Below are positions 1 to 11,500 of a DNA stretch of 64,000 nucleotides, in pieces. The translations under genes and the position numbers were made by a program. The stretch is from assembly GCA_043821645.1 (NCBI GenBank), contig JBDRCO010000031.1:25322-89321 (forward strand), written 5' to 3'. Position 1 is the stretch's first letter, and each line of letters opens with the position of its first letter. Source of the stretch: Pseudomonadota bacterium (GTDB lineage Bacteria > Myxococcota > JACRCW01 > JAFGSX01). A model generated the notes under the pieces. That model did no database searches. It was not told the origin of the DNA and saw only the letters and a program-made list of their open reading frames with translations.

Positions 1-1
1 C

Positions 2-3000
2 ACGCTGCTATCGGACGGGTCAGCCCTTGTTGATGCGGCCGCCGTCGTGGACGCCACGGCTGCTTCCGACTCCGGTACAACTGCCGATGTGTCCACGAGT
101 GTCGACACCGGCCAGAGGCCGGACGCCGCCGGCACAACCGACCTTGGACAGGCCGACAGGGTGTCGCCGGCGGATTCCGCCGCCGCGCTGGATCGCTGGA
201 CGACAGCCGATGTGTCGTCTCCCGTCGATGCCATCGTGGTGGCGACGGACTCGGCAGGGCCCGCAACCGGTGACGACGACGATGACGATGCCAAGGTGGC
301 GGCGGATGGCTGTGGCTGCACCGCTCAGCGATCCGGGGGAATGCACACTGGCATCTTCGGTCTCGCGCTGTGTGCCTTGCTGGTGCGGAGACGCCGCACG
401 CGGCTCTTTCGCCTCGCCCAGCGTCCTGGAGCGATCCTCGTCGCCATCCTCGCGCTGGCCCCCGCGGCACGCGCCCAGCTCGTGGTGCCCGATCAGTACC
501 CAACGATCCAGGCCGCCATCGACGCGGGCACCGGAGTTGCTCACGTCCTGGTCAAGGCCGGCACCTACGACCCGTTCTCGGTGAGCGGCCCGGGCCACCC
601 CAATCTGACGGGACTCATCATCGAGGGCGAGGACGGCGTGATCGTGCAGGGCTCGACCACCTACACCGTCAATGCGAGCCAGTTTCCCCTGGTTCAGCTG
701 CTCAAGCTGGACCTCTCCGGTGGTACCTTTCGCGTCGTCAACTTCGACCGTGTGGGCGTCGTCACCATGGAGGACTGCACCGTCCACGACAGCCCCGGTG
801 AGGGTATCGGGGTGTACGACTCCGATACCGTGCTGCTGGACCACGTCAGCGTGCGCAACACCCATCGGTACAACAACGGCTACGCCGTCAGCATGAACCC
901 CGTGGGCAATGTCATCGTCGTCGGCGGTGAGTACTCGGACAACACTCCGTCCTCGGCCACGGCGTACTACGGTGGCCTGGGAATCACCCACGGAACTGGC
1001 GGCAGCACCGCGGTGTCGGGGGCTCATTTTCACAACAACAAGGACACCGGGCTCTACGTCACTTCGGCCATCTCGGTGGCCGTCCATGCCGTCGAGGCCA
1101 GCGGGAATGGGGGCTCGGGCGTCCTGCTCGTTGCCAGGGATCGCGTCGACGTCACCAGCACGGTGGCGAGCGGGAACGGAGATAACGGAGTGTCGGCCCA
1201 GGCCGACGTGGTGGTCGTCGACGATGTCGAGGTCATGCAGAACTCGGGTGCCGCGCTCGAGGTCAGCCTGCCCACGGGCACGCCAGGCGTCATCAGCGTG
1301 CACATGCTCGACGCCCACGACAACTTCAGCTCCGGCGCCTGGTTGAGCGCGGCCTACGGCACGATCATCGTCGAGAATTCCGTGGTGCAGGACAACGTCG
1401 GGACCCACCCCGGTGTCTACCTGACCCGTTTTGTCGAGGCCACGGTCAGCGGACTTCAGGTTCTTGGCAACGAGAACACGAGCGGCGGCGGCGGTGGCAT
1501 GTTTGCAGATCCCTCCACCAACGATGCGGTCCTGCATGTCGAGACCAGCTTGTTCGAGGACAACGTGACGGCCTCCGGCGGTGGCGGCTTGATGTGGGAG
1601 GCCAGGCCGCGCAGCAGGCTGGCCGTGTGCGACACGGTGTTCCGTCACAACTCGACCGGGACCAACGGCGGTGGCATCTACTCGAGCACCACCAACCTGG
1701 CCCTGAACAGCTCGAGCATCGCCCTCGCCGACGTGGACTTCGAGAACAACCAGGGCAACAGCGGCGCGGCCTTGTTCGCCACCCGCTCCTGCTTCACCGA
1801 GCTGCAGGGTGGATCGGTGACAGGCCACACCGAGAACCCGTCCACTGCCAACTCCTCGGCGCTGTGGTTTGACACACCCGCGCGGGTGTCAGGGGTGTCC
1901 ATACAGGGCAACAGCACGGACTTCGATCTCGAGGTCGGCGCCAAGCCCTCGTCGGCAGTGGATGACTATGACCTCGACGCCGAGGGCAACTGGTGGGGTA
2001 CGACGGATCTGGCTCAGATCGCGGCGCGCATTCGCGATCGCGCTGACCTGTCGAACCGCATGCGCGCGCGCTACGTGCAGCCATTGGGCGCGGCGCCGGC
2101 AGCGATGGGCGAGGGTTGTCACCTGGTGAGCTGCCTGGGCGCACGCATGCCCCTGCCCGTGGCCCGCGATCGCGGTCTGCAGCCGTCGGTGGGCGATCCC
2201 GTCGACGCGGCCACCGGGGAGCTCCTGCTCGAGGAGACAGATCTCGCCTTTGACGGACCCTTGCCCCTGGTCTGGGTGCGCCACCACCGCACCTGGCTCG
2301 ACCTCGACGCTCTCGCCGATGGGCCCCTGGGCAATGGCTGGCGCCACGGCTTCGAATACCAGCTCAATGTGCAGGGTGCGGTGGCCGTTCTCACCACACC
2401 GCGTGGTCAGATCTACCGTTTCATCGAGCGTGACGATGGCAGCTGGACCCTTCCCGACACCGAGCCCGAACCCCTGGACCTCTATCTGCTGTCGGATGGC
2501 ACCCTGGTGGTCGACCCCCTGTCTGGACAGGTGCAGCGCTTCGATGCCGCGGGAGCCTTGGTCTCGGTCGAGGACCGCAGTGGCAATGCTCTCACCCTGG
2601 AGTACACCAGCGGCACCCTGACCCACGTCGAGGATGGCCGCGGTCATCGCATAGACCTGGAGTACAGCGCAGGTGCCCTGACCCGGCTCGTTGCCAGCGA
2701 CGGTCGCGAGGTTCTGTACGACGTGGTCGGCAACAACCTGGTCGGCGTCACCGATGCCGAGGGTGGGCTCACCCAGTATGCCTACGACAACTCCGGTCTG
2801 CTCACGCGGATCACCTCGACCACCCGTCCCGACGGCGTGGTGGCCTGGACCCAGACCTTCAACAGCCTGGGCCGGGTCACCCAGCAGCGCGATGGCGAGA
2901 ACAGGCTGACCACCATCGGCTACAACACGCCGTCAAGCGGGATCACACGCGTCACCGATGCGGCCTCGGCGCGCACTCACCTGACGCACCTCGAGGAGCG

Positions 3001-6000
3001 CGCGCTGACCCTGCACGCCAATCCAGCGGGTGACGCGGTGACCCTGAGTCACGACCTGAGCTGGCGCCTGGTCCAGATCACGGATCGGATGGGTACCACG
3101 TCCACCGTGAGCTACGACGCGACACGCCGTGTGCCTGCGACCTTGAGCGGACCCAATGGCGGCACCGTGCAGCTCCAGTACCAGGATCAGGTGCAGAACA
3201 TTGCAGGTGTCGACCTGCGCTTCACGTCTCCCTCGCGCATCGACTACCCCGACGGTACCCACGTCTCGCTCACCCGCGACGCCGTGGGCCGGGTCACTGG
3301 CCTGGTGGACCGCACTGGAGAGACCTGGACCCTGAGCTACAACAGCCGTGGTCAGATCGCGCAGGTCGACGATCCCGCAGGCCTCAGCGAGAGTTACACC
3401 TATGACACCGATGGCAACCTGACCGAGGTCAACGGAGCCTCGACCTGGACCCACGACGCGGCCGGACGCGTGACCCGCATCGCCCATGACGACGGAGCAC
3501 AGGTCGACCTCGAGTACGACGCCCTCGACCGGTTGACGCGAGTCGTCGACATAGACGGACGCTGGGTCGAACTGGCCTACGATGCCGCAGGCGAACTCGT
3601 CGGTGTCAGCGATACCACGGGTCACGGTCTGGGCGTGACGCGCGATGCTTCGGGCAAGGTGATGGCCATCGTCGATCGCGCAGGTCGCAGCGTTGACGTG
3701 ACGCGCGACGCCGTCGGCCGCGTGGCGACGCTCACCGATGCAGCCGGCACCACCTGGCAGCTCACCCGCAATAGCAATGGCGCGATCACGGAGGTCACCG
3801 ACAGCAGTGGCCAGGTCTGGGCCCTGGGTCGCGATGCCGAAGGACGCGTGGTAGGGGTCGACACTCCCCTGGGTCGCCACTACGAACTCGGTCTCGACCT
3901 GGCAGGTTCTCTGCGCAGCGTGAGCGGACCGCGCGGGCATCTGCTCAGCATCGCACGCGACGCCCTGGGCCAGGTCGAGAGCCTGCTCGCGCCCGACGGC
4001 ATGCGTGTGGCGTACACGCGCCAGGGAGGCCTGATCACGCAGGCGCTGGCCGACAGCGGTGAGAGCCTGCTGCTGGTTCACGACGCTGCGCAGCGCCTGG
4101 CTCAGCTCATCGATCCCCTGGGCTCGAGCTGGGGCTTCGAGCTGCGCGATCTGGGGGGCAGCCTGCGCTCGACCGACCCCCTCGGGCGGAGCCGCGACCT
4201 GGTGTTCAACGCGCGCGGACAGGTCGAGAGCATCCTGTTCGCCGACGCGGCCCAGGCCAACCTCAGCTATGACCATGCCGGGCGGCTCGCGCACTGGCAG
4301 AGCAGCGACGGCAGCGACCTGACCCTGGCTTACGACGACCTGGGCCGCCTGACCCAGGCTGGTGACCTGAGCCTGAGCTACAACGCCGTGGGCCAGCCCC
4401 TGGCGCGCACGCACCAGGGTGTGACCGTGCTGGCGGGCTACGACGACGGTCGACGTCTCGAGAGTCTCGACGTCGGTGGTGTGCTGACCGTGACCTACAC
4501 CTACGACACCCAGGACAGGCTCGTCAGCGTGAGCGACGACCTTGGCGGTGCCAGCATGGGCTTCGAGTACGACGACGACGGCCGCCTGGTGCGGGAGACG
4601 CGCAGCAACGGTGTGGCCACGGACTGGAGCTGGGACACCGGCTCGCGCCTGCTGTCCCTGGTGCACGGCAGTCTCGCGACCCTGGCTTACGCCTACGACG
4701 AAGTGGGGCGCGTGACCGGGGTCGACGTCAGCGCACCGCTTGACGCGGAGCCGTCTTTGGTTGCCGACGATGCGACCTGGTCCCACGACGCCGCTTCCCA
4801 GATCGTGCACAGCAGCTACGGCAGTGACGCCCGCGGTCGCGCCGTGCTCGTCGACGATGTCGCCATCGCCTACGACGATGCGGACCTGGCCACGCACCTC
4901 GGCAGCGTCGAGTTGGTGCACGATGCCCTGGGCAATCTGGTCGAGCGCGTCGACGGTGCCGTGCGCGTGCACCTGCTCACCCACCCGGCGCTCGGGCTGC
5001 ACAGCGTGGTTGCCGAGCGCGATGCGGACACCGGACTATGGCTACGGTTCTACGTGCTGACGCCGGGGGGCAGGCTGCTGTACTCGGTGTCGCCCCTGGG
5101 GGAGGTGCGCTTCTACCACGGCGATCGTTCGGGTCACGTGCTGCTGCTCAGCGACGGCGCGGGCGCGGTCAGCGACGCCTATGCTTACAGCCCCTACGGT
5201 CGCCTGCTCGGCCACGTGGGCAGCAGCGACCAGCCCTATACCTACGCGGGCCTCTACGGCGGCCGCCGTGCCGGGGTGGGCGAGCTGTATCACATGGGGG
5301 ATCGCCTGTACGACGCAGCCAGCGGTCGTTTCCTCACCCGCGACGCCATCTGGCCAGGACCTGCGCTGCCGTGGGCGGTCAACCCCTATTCCTACGCCTA
5401 TTGCGACCCGATCCGTCTCGTCGACACTCGAGGAACCTCGGCGGTGGATCCGGCCTCGCCAGACCGCGCGACGCCCCTGGAGCTGATGGCCTCGCAGGCG
5501 CCTGGGCTGGAACCTGCCGCCAGCGACATGCTCGACGAGCTGGCCGGTGACAACGCGTCGCTGCGCAAGTGGCTGCGAGCGAACCCCGGACTCGCCGACC
5601 TGCTGGCGCCTGCGGACTGTCCGAGTTGCCGCAAGGCGCTGTCCGTCGCGCCCGGGCTCAAGCCCGTGCCCACGAGCCTGGGCTTCGATCAGGCCTTCAG
5701 CACCGCCCTGGCAGGCACGCTGTCCCTGGGCGAGAGGCAGGCAATGGCCGCGGCTTGGAAGACCTCACGGGACCTTGTCACGCGCGGAAAAGGGCTCGGA
5801 CCCCTGGCCCACGCCAACGAGGTGGCGCGGCTGCGCGGGCACCTGGCCAGGGCGCGCACTTTCAAGGCCCTGGACACGGGTAATTCCGTGGCGGGTGCCA
5901 TCATGGCCACCCTCGGCGAGTACGAGCAGGCTCGACGTGAGGGGCAGGGGACGGCCGTCACCCTGTTGCGCAGCGCTACTGCCGCGGCCGCGAGCTGGGC

Positions 6001-6214
6001 TTTCAAGGGCGATCCCACGGGCATAGGGGCCGAGCTGGCGCAGCAGCCGATGCGCGTGCTGACCATCATCGGCGGTCGCTGTACCAGCCGCTCGCAGCTG
6101 GCCTACGAGCAGAAGATGCGCGAGAACTGGGCGCTCGGAAACCTGCATAACCTTGGCATCATCATCGACGACGCCACGGGGCTGAGCGAGCTGCTGGCAG
6201 GCGCCTTCGAGTAG
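2..6214 (+). CDS. RHS/YD-repeat protein 1, 5'-truncated: Asp/Ala/Thr linker, internal MYXO-CTERM-like motif, second signal peptide, right-handed beta-helix, DUF6531-like domain, RHS core, ~260-aa C-terminal domain
   Basis: Frame 2 is open from base 2, so the true start is upstream. GCGC at 308-319, then a hydrophobic stretch and RRRR at 386-397. AILVAILALAPAARA|Q ends at 475. Also YPTIQAAID and NxxxxGGG beta-helix repeats, DPVDAATGE...GPLGNGWRH at ~2195, many YD repeats, and core end GRFLTRD...NPYSYAYCDPIRLVDTRG (to 5434). Confidence 0.9.
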   Translation, partial: TLLSDGSALVDAAAVVDATAASDSGTTADVSTSVDTGQRPDAAGTTDLGQADRVSPADSAAALDRWTTADVSSPVDAIVVATDSAGPATGDDDDDDAKVAADGCGCTAQRSGGMHTGIFGLALCALLVRRRRTRLFRLAQRPGAILVAILALAPAARAQLVVPDQYPTIQAAIDAGTGVAHVLVKAGTYDPFSVSGPGHPNLTGLIIEGEDGVIVQGSTTYTVNASQFPLVQLLKLDLSGGTFRVVNFDRVGVVTMEDCTVHDSPGEGIGVYDSDTVLLDHVSVRNTHRYNNGYAVSMNPVGNVIVVGGEYSDNTPSSATAYYGGLGITHGTGGSTAVSGAHFHNNKDTGLYVTSAISVAVHAVEASGNGGSGVLLVARDRVDVTSTVASGNGDNGVSAQADVVVVDDVEVMQNSGAALEVSLPTGTPGVISVHMLDAHDNFSSGAWLSAAYGTIIVENSVVQDNVGTHPGVYLTRFVEATVSGLQVLGNENTSGGGGGMFADPSTNDAVLHVETSLFEDNVTASGGGGLMWEARPRSRLAVCDTVFRHNSTGTNGGGIYSSTTNLALNSSSIALADVDFENNQGNSGAALFATRSCFTELQGGSVTGHTENPSTANSSALWFDTPARVSGVSIQGNSTDFDLEVGAKPSSAVDDYDLDAEGNWWGTTDLAQIAARIRDRADLSNRMRARYVQPLGAAPAAMGEGCHLVSCLGARMPLPVARDRGLQPSVGDPVDAATGELLLEETDLAFDGPLPLVWVRHHRTWLDLDALADGPLGNGWRHGFEYQLNVQGAVAVLTTPRGQIYRFIERDDGSWTLPDTEPEPLDLYLLSDGTLVVDPLSGQVQRFDAAGALVSVEDRSGNALTLEYTSGTLTHVEDGRGHRIDLEYSAGALTRLVASDGREVLYDVVGNNLVGVTDAEGGLTQYAYDNSGLLTRITSTTRPDGVVAWTQTFNSLGRVTQQRDGENRLTTIGYNTPSSGITRVTDAASARTHLTHLEERALTLHANPAGDAVTLSHDLSWRLVQITDRMGTTSTVSYDATRRVPATLSGPNGGTVQLQYQDQVQNIAGVDLRFTSPSRIDYPDGTHVSLTRDAVGRVTGLVDRTGETWTLSYNSRGQIAQVDDPAGLSESYTYDTDGNLTEVNGASTWTHDAAGRVTRIAHDDGAQVDLEYDALDRLTRVVDIDGRWVELAYDAAGELVGVSDTTGHGLGVTRDASGKVMAIVDRAGRSVDVTRDAVGRVATLTDAAGTTWQLTRNSNGAITEVTDSSGQVWALGRDAEGRVVGVDTPLGRHYELGLDLAGSLRSVSGPRGHLLSIARDALGQVESLLAPDGMRVAYTRQGGLITQALADSGESLLLVHDAAQRLAQLIDPLGSSWGFELRDLGGSLRSTDPLGRSRDLVFNARGQVESILFADAAQANLSYDHAGRLAHWQSSDGSDLTLAYDDLGRLTQAGDLSLSYNAVGQPLARTHQGVTVLAGYDDGRRLESLDVGGVLTVTYTYDTQDRLVSVSDDLGGASMGFEYDDDGRLVRETRSNGVATDWSWDTGSRLLSLVHGSLATLAYAYDEVGRVTGVDVSAPLDAEPSLVADDATWSHDAASQIVHSSYGSDARGRAVLVDDVAIAYDDADLATHLGSVELVHDALGNLVERVDGAVRVHLLTHPALGLHSVVAERDADTGLWLRFYVLTPGGRLLYSVSPLGEVRFYHGDRSGHVLLLSDGAGAVSDAYAYSPYGRLLGHVGSSDQPYTYAGLYGGRRAGVGELYHMGDRLYDAASGRFLTRDAIWPGPALPWAVNPYSYAYCDPIRLVDTRGTSAVDPASPDRATPLELMASQAPGLEPAASDMLDELAGDNASLRKWLRANPGLADLLAPADCPSCRKALSVAPGLKPVPTSLGFDQAFSTALAGTLSLGERQAMAAAWKTSRDLVTRGKGLGPLAHANEVARLRGHLARARTFKALDTGNSVAGAIMATLGEYEQARREGQGTAVTLLRSATAAAASWAFKGDPTGIGAELAQQPMRVLTIIGGRCTSRSQLAYEQKMRENWALGNLHNLGIIIDDATGLSELLAGAFE

Positions 6215-6323
6215 TGCACCGAGTGGCGATTGCCCGCTGCGTTGGGCGAACTGTTCAGTGAGGAGTCAAGGGTCGAGGGCGTAAGCCGGGGAGGGGGCGA
6301 GCGGTGTTTCGTTGGCTGGGAGG

Positions 6324-6929
6324 CTAGCGGTGACCCTGGCCGTTGCCGCGCCCGTTGCTCTTGCCCTTGTTGCGCTCGTCGTGACGCCCGTCATTTCGAC
6401 CGTTTTGACGCGACCCTTGGTACGCCGGCTGCTGGGCAGGGCGAGCGTTGACACGGGCATACTGGCTGGGATGCCGGGCATGGCTCCGCTCTCGCTCCTG
6501 CCAGTATCGGTACTGGGCCTGGCGATACACGGGCCGGTTGCGTACGTCGTAGCGGACCTGGTTGTGCCACTGCCGGCACGCGGAGCGGTAGCCCTGGTAG
6601 CAGGCATAGGCGTAGCTGTAGGCGAACTGTGTGCGCACCACGGGCACGGTGGCCGGGTAGTATAAAAGCCACTGGTCGCCGTCCTGGTAGGTCACGTACA
6701 GCTGGTCGTCGACGATGGTCCACCAGTTGCCGGCGTCGTAGAACATCGCCAGGTCACCGCCGTAGTAGCTGGCGCGGAACAAGGGCAGCACGAGCTGCGG
6801 TGCGTGGGCGTGGATGGAAACCTGGCCAGCAGGGCGAACGTAAACTTGGGCCTGCGCGGGACGCGCGCTCAGCATCAGTGCTCCCAGGGCCAGCGCAGCG
6901 ATGGTGGCGAGGGTCAGTGGGCGTGTCAT
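6324..6929 (-). CDS. Secreted hypothetical protein with Tyr/Trp-rich middle and Gly/Asn/Arg low-complexity tail
   Basis: AGGAGGA RBS before ATG at 6929; signal peptide MTRPLTLATIAALALGALMLSARPAQA|Q. Confidence 0.75.
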   Translation of the reverse strand: MTRPLTLATIAALALGALMLSARPAQAQVYVRPAGQVSIHAHAPQLVLPLFRASYYGGDLAMFYDAGNWWTIVDDQLYVTYQDGDQWLLYYPATVPVVRTQFAYSYAYACYQGYRSACRQWHNQVRYDVRNRPVYRQAQYRYWQERERSHARHPSQYARVNARPAQQPAYQGSRQNGRNDGRHDERNKGKSNGRGNGQGHR

Positions 6930-7147
6930 GAGATCCTCCTTGTCCATGGCGCGGTCCGGTTTGGGTCTGAGTGTTCCGCGCTCTGCCGGTGAGACGCGGC
7001 CTGCGATGGGAGATTCATCGGAGCACTGTGAGGCGGCGCACAGGGGTCGCCAAAGAGCTGTCCCGCCGCTGGCTTGCACTCCCGATGGGGTTGGCACAAG
7101 CTCGCCGGGCTGTGCAGCATCAGACGCCGCATCAGAGGTGCAGGACC

Positions 7148-7969
7148 ATGCGTGGGCCATCAGGTGTTGGACTTCTGTTTGCCTTGCTGTGGCTGACGAG
7201 TTCTCCACTGCGAGCTCAGGGTGACGAGTTTGTGCCCTTCGAAAACTCGTCGCCCGCAGCCACTCCCGGACAGCCTGATCCCGGGGTTTCGGCTCAGCCA
7301 CCGCAGACACCAAACTCACCTGTCGCGCAGCCGCCTCCTGCAGCATCGCCCGTACCGAGCACGCCACCGGAGGTGGGCACTCCGCCGCAGCTCGACCCTG
7401 CTCCGGGGGCTCCGGTCAAGCAGGGCATGCCCGATCCCGTCGTGTGGCTCGCCCAGTGCGGCACGGCCTGCGTGGTACCCATGATCGCGGGCAACCTGGC
7501 CATCATTCCTGGCCTCGGGCAGGTGCTGGTGTTTCTGATCCCTGCTCTCAACGGTTTTTTGGTGCAGGTCGTGGGGGACGCCCTGAGTGGTCGCAAGACC
7601 TCCCCCTGGGCCGCGATCATCGGCGCCTACATCGGCCAGTTCTGTGTCATGCCGGTGTGCACCACTGCCGGTGTGGCGACCTTCCTGGCCCTGTACCTGG
7701 GTGGTGCGCTGGCGGTTCTCGGCGTGGCCACCCAGACAGGTGGGTTGAATCCTCTCACCATTGGATTCTGGATAGGCCTCGGAGCTATCGGCGGTGTGGC
7801 GCTGGGCCTCGCCATCGTCGCTGGCCAGGCCACCTCGGCGGTCATTCCCGTCGTGGCCCACGCACTGTTCGCCCGCGATGAGAACGCACCCGCCGCTTCA
7901 GAAAGCGGCCAGGCCGAACGCAAGGCCGTCACCACGACCCCGGCGGTCGCTGGTGGAATGGCCTATTGA
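7148..7969 (+). CDS. Membrane protein with signal peptide, Pro-rich linker and several hydrophobic helices
   Basis: MRGPSGVGLLFALLWLTSSPLRA signal-like start, Pro-rich segment, 4-5 hydrophobic segments. Confidence 0.7.
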   Translation: MRGPSGVGLLFALLWLTSSPLRAQGDEFVPFENSSPAATPGQPDPGVSAQPPQTPNSPVAQPPPAASPVPSTPPEVGTPPQLDPAPGAPVKQGMPDPVVWLAQCGTACVVPMIAGNLAIIPGLGQVLVFLIPALNGFLVQVVGDALSGRKTSPWAAIIGAYIGQFCVMPVCTTAGVATFLALYLGGALAVLGVATQTGGLNPLTIGFWIGLGAIGGVALGLAIVAGQATSAVIPVVAHALFARDENAPAASESGQAERKAVTTTPAVAGGMAY

Positions 7970-8412
7970 GGACGAGCTTGTTTGAGCCGCCGGGCCGGCC
8001 ATCGAATCAACTCGCGCGACGCCGTTGCTCCAGGATCGCTTGCTGGATTCGGCTCAGCATCGCGTGCGGTGCAGCGCGACCGCAGGTACCCATGCTTCCC
8101 TGAGGCATGCACAGGCGCCGGCACCACTGGTGCGTGTTGCGATGCAGGGTGCAACCCGGAATCCTCGACCGGAATGTGCGGCCTCGGACGTCATCGCTGA
8201 CAGGCTTGAGCAACTTCTTCATATGAGCACACCTCCTGCACCGATAGTGATGCCCATGTAACGGCCGAGGGTATGCGCGCAAGCCACTTTTTTTCGGCGG
8301 ATATCGGCCACCTGTGAACCGGATGAGCCAGTGCTACCCGCGTCCGGGTCCTCGGCCTCGGTCAACCACATGAAATAAGGATGCCTTCAACACAAGGCGC
8401 GGCTCCCCGCAG

Positions 8413-8428
8413 TGGCACAGCGATTGCT
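8413..8428 (+). promoter_or_regulatory. Sigma54 (-24/-12) promoter for the metalloprotease operon
   Basis: TGGCACAGCGATTGCT matches TGGCAC-N5-TTGCW; intergenic, ~130 nt before the start at 8560. Confidence 0.8.
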
Positions 8429-8559
8429 CAAGGTCTGCTCCGACTCCGTCCGGATTCCTTCGCGGGAAGGGACACCCGGGATGTGCAGTCAAGGAACGAC
8501 AGCAGGCCGGTACTGAGACTCTTCAGGATTTCTCATCCTTATGGTGCGTGGAGGACGAC

Positions 8560-11500
8560 GTGAACAAGGTGCGCTGGCTTCAAGGGGGACTCGCCTGTGT
8601 CGTGTTGCTGACCACGGTGCGCTGCGCCCAGGAGCGCGAGCCCATCAACCGTGTGCAGGCCAACGTGATGCCCAAGAGCTTCTTCGTGGGCGAGGATCTG
8701 GCCGACATCGCGGATGACCCCGAGTTCTACCTGCGTGGCACCGTCATCGACGTTGGCTACGGCGCCGCCCAGGATGGGCTGTTCACCTCGACCTACGCCC
8801 AGCCCGTGTCGAGGGTGCGCTGGGAGATCACCGAGAACTTCCTCAACGCCCGGCTGGCCTACGAGCGCATCGAGGGCACCGACGGCAAGGGTGAGAAGAT
8901 CGACGGTCTGCGCAAGAAGACCTCGAACGACGGCCAGATCGTGGCCAGCTACCGCGTCGAGTCGCACTTCGACATCGCGCCGGCCTACAACCCCATCACC
9001 GGCGAGGAAATGAACGTCATCGAGGAGAACACCAGCGACCGGCCGTGGTACGAGCGCCAGTACCTGCGCGTGGACTGGTCCATGAACCACGCAACGCATG
9101 CGTATGACTTCGACACCCTGGCCATGATCGGCATCTACGGCGGGGTGCAGTATGAACCCCTGGCCTTCACGGTGCAGGACCCCAACGACGAGAACGCTCC
9201 CTTTGTGGACCTCGACAACGGCTACATGGACGTCACCAACAAGGCCTTTGCCACGCCGCAGCTCATCGACCTGTCGAGCCTGGGCTGGGGCATGGACAAG
9301 TTCCCGGCCTGCATGCTGCCCGGAGAATTTGCCGGCGGCTCCCAGCCCTCGGGCAACTGCAACCCGGTCGAGATCACCATACGGCAGTCGTTCAAGCGCG
9401 TGCACGACACCGACTACGAGCCCGTGAACTACGACGGCATTCGTTTTCAGGCCTACGGCATCTTCAATTTCAGCTACCGCTACGGCTACGAGCGCAACTA
9501 CGGCATGGTCGACGACAAGTGGTTCCGCTTCGCCGCGCGCTACAACATCTGGGAGCGCTCGCACTACTATGACGACGCCGCCAGCATGACCGGGCCGGTG
9601 GTCTGCGCCAGTCGTGAGACCACCGAGATCGCCACCGGCAATCCCGGCGCCGATCCCAACCGCGATGACAACCGCGAGGGCACGGCCGACGAGTGCGAGG
9701 CGGTGACCGAGCGCAGCAGCTATCCGGGGTCACAATGCGATGTGTTCAAGGGCCGCTGCACCCTGCCAGTGCGTGCCCGCCAGCCCAAAACCATCCCCTG
9801 GTACATCGGGGGCAAGACCGATCCCGATCTGTTCGAGGCCACCAACTGGGCGACCCTGGAGTGGGACCTGAGCATGAAGACGGCGATCCAGGTGTCGCGC
9901 CTGGTCGAGTGCCGGCGCACCAACGACGGCGACTGCTCAGCCCAGTACCCGATGTGGACGGGCCAGCAGGAGGACTTCGATGAGGCCGTGAAGATCTCGC
10001 GCGAGCTCGATAGCTGTCGCCGCGCCAATGGCTACAGTGCTCGCTCCTGCCTCGACGAGGTGGACCGCATGGTGGCCGAGCTCGCCGACGAGCGGGGTGA
10101 CGCCAACGACGCCAACGCCCGTGCCATCGGTGAGGTGGTCAAGCTGCAGCCCATGTTCGTGCTCTGCCACAACCCGGTGGCGGCCACGGATCACCCGGCC
10201 TGCGGCGTCCCTGGTCTGAAGCCACGCCTGGGCGACCTGCGCTACAACACCGTGCTCATCATCGACAAGCCGCAGAGTCCCTCGTCGTGGGGCATCATGG
10301 TGGACGCCGACGATCCGGTCACGGGAGAGAAGATCGCGGCCAGCATCAATATCTGGGACCACGTCACGGACCTGGCGGTGCAAGGCCTGGTGGATCTGGT
10401 GCGCTATGCCAATGGCGAGCTGAGCACCGAGGAGATCACCAATGGCAACTACGTGCGCGACTGGGCGGCGGCGGTGCGTCTGGCCAGCGGTGGCCAGGGT
10501 GGCGCCACCCTGAGCAAGAACGACGTGAACGAGCGCCTGGCAGCATCCACCAAGCTCGATGGGCGAGCCTTCGCAGAGTTGACCCGCGGCGGGCTCAGCG
10601 CCGAGCTCAAGATGCAGCTGCGACCGACCTACAACCAGGCACAGGACGTCGCCATCCGCGCCGGTACGCCCTCGGTGCAGCAGAACGTGGCCCAGACCCG
10701 CATGCGCCAGGCGCGCGGCACCCACGTCGAGACGGAGCTGCTCAACCCGGCCATGCTGCAGGCTGCGGGTGTGCCCGGCGACCTGGCGGTGGACGGTCCT
10801 GTGGCCGACCTGACCTCGCCCCTTCGTCTGAATAACCCCCAGCTCGTGTCGCGGCTCCGGCAGGCCCGGGAAAATGCCCTGGCCGCGCGTGGTGCCTGCA
10901 TCCTGCACGAGGCCCCCGAGCCGTCGGGGATCAGCGGCCTGGCCGACATCCTCGCCAAGAAGTTCCCGGCGGTGGCCGGGGAGTCTGACAGCCAGCAGCG
11001 CGAGCGCTACGAGAAGATGCACCGCTACCTCAAGCGGCGCTTCCAATACAGTGTCATCATCCACGAGATGGGGCACTCGGTGGGGCACCGGCACAACTTC
11101 GTCAGCTCGTCAGCTCCGCTGTTCTACCGGCCCCAGTACTGGCAGCTTCGCACCAAGAACGGCCGGGTCACGCGCGAGTGCACCGACGCCGTCAGCGACG
11201 GCAGCGGCTGCGTGGGTCCGCGCTACTACGACCCGATCACCACCGAGGAGCAGTCGCAGATGATCTGGATGTTCATGCACTCCAGCGTCATGGACTACCC
11301 CGGCGATGTGTCCCAGGACACCATGGGGCTCGGGGTGTGGGACGTGGCCGCCACCCGCATGTTCTACGGTGACAACGCCGCCGTGTACGCCGACACCGCG
11401 CGCTACGGTGCCGCCACCAACGTCGGCATCGGCATCACCAACGCCACCGACACCTTCGGCGGACTGGTCGGAATCAAGTACATGACCGGTGGCTCGGCGC

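Noticed and set aside
20-5002. Long minus-strand ORFs 20-1828, 1889-2647 and 2933-5002 (likewise 60601-62436, 11713-13608 and plus-strand 16543-19017)
   Set aside because: Antisense shadows of well-supported genes in GC-rich DNA; no motifs of their own.
7970-8559. Short ORFs in the gap upstream of the metalloprotease
   Set aside because: No RBS or motif support; the region is better explained as a sigma54 promoter/enhancer and leader.
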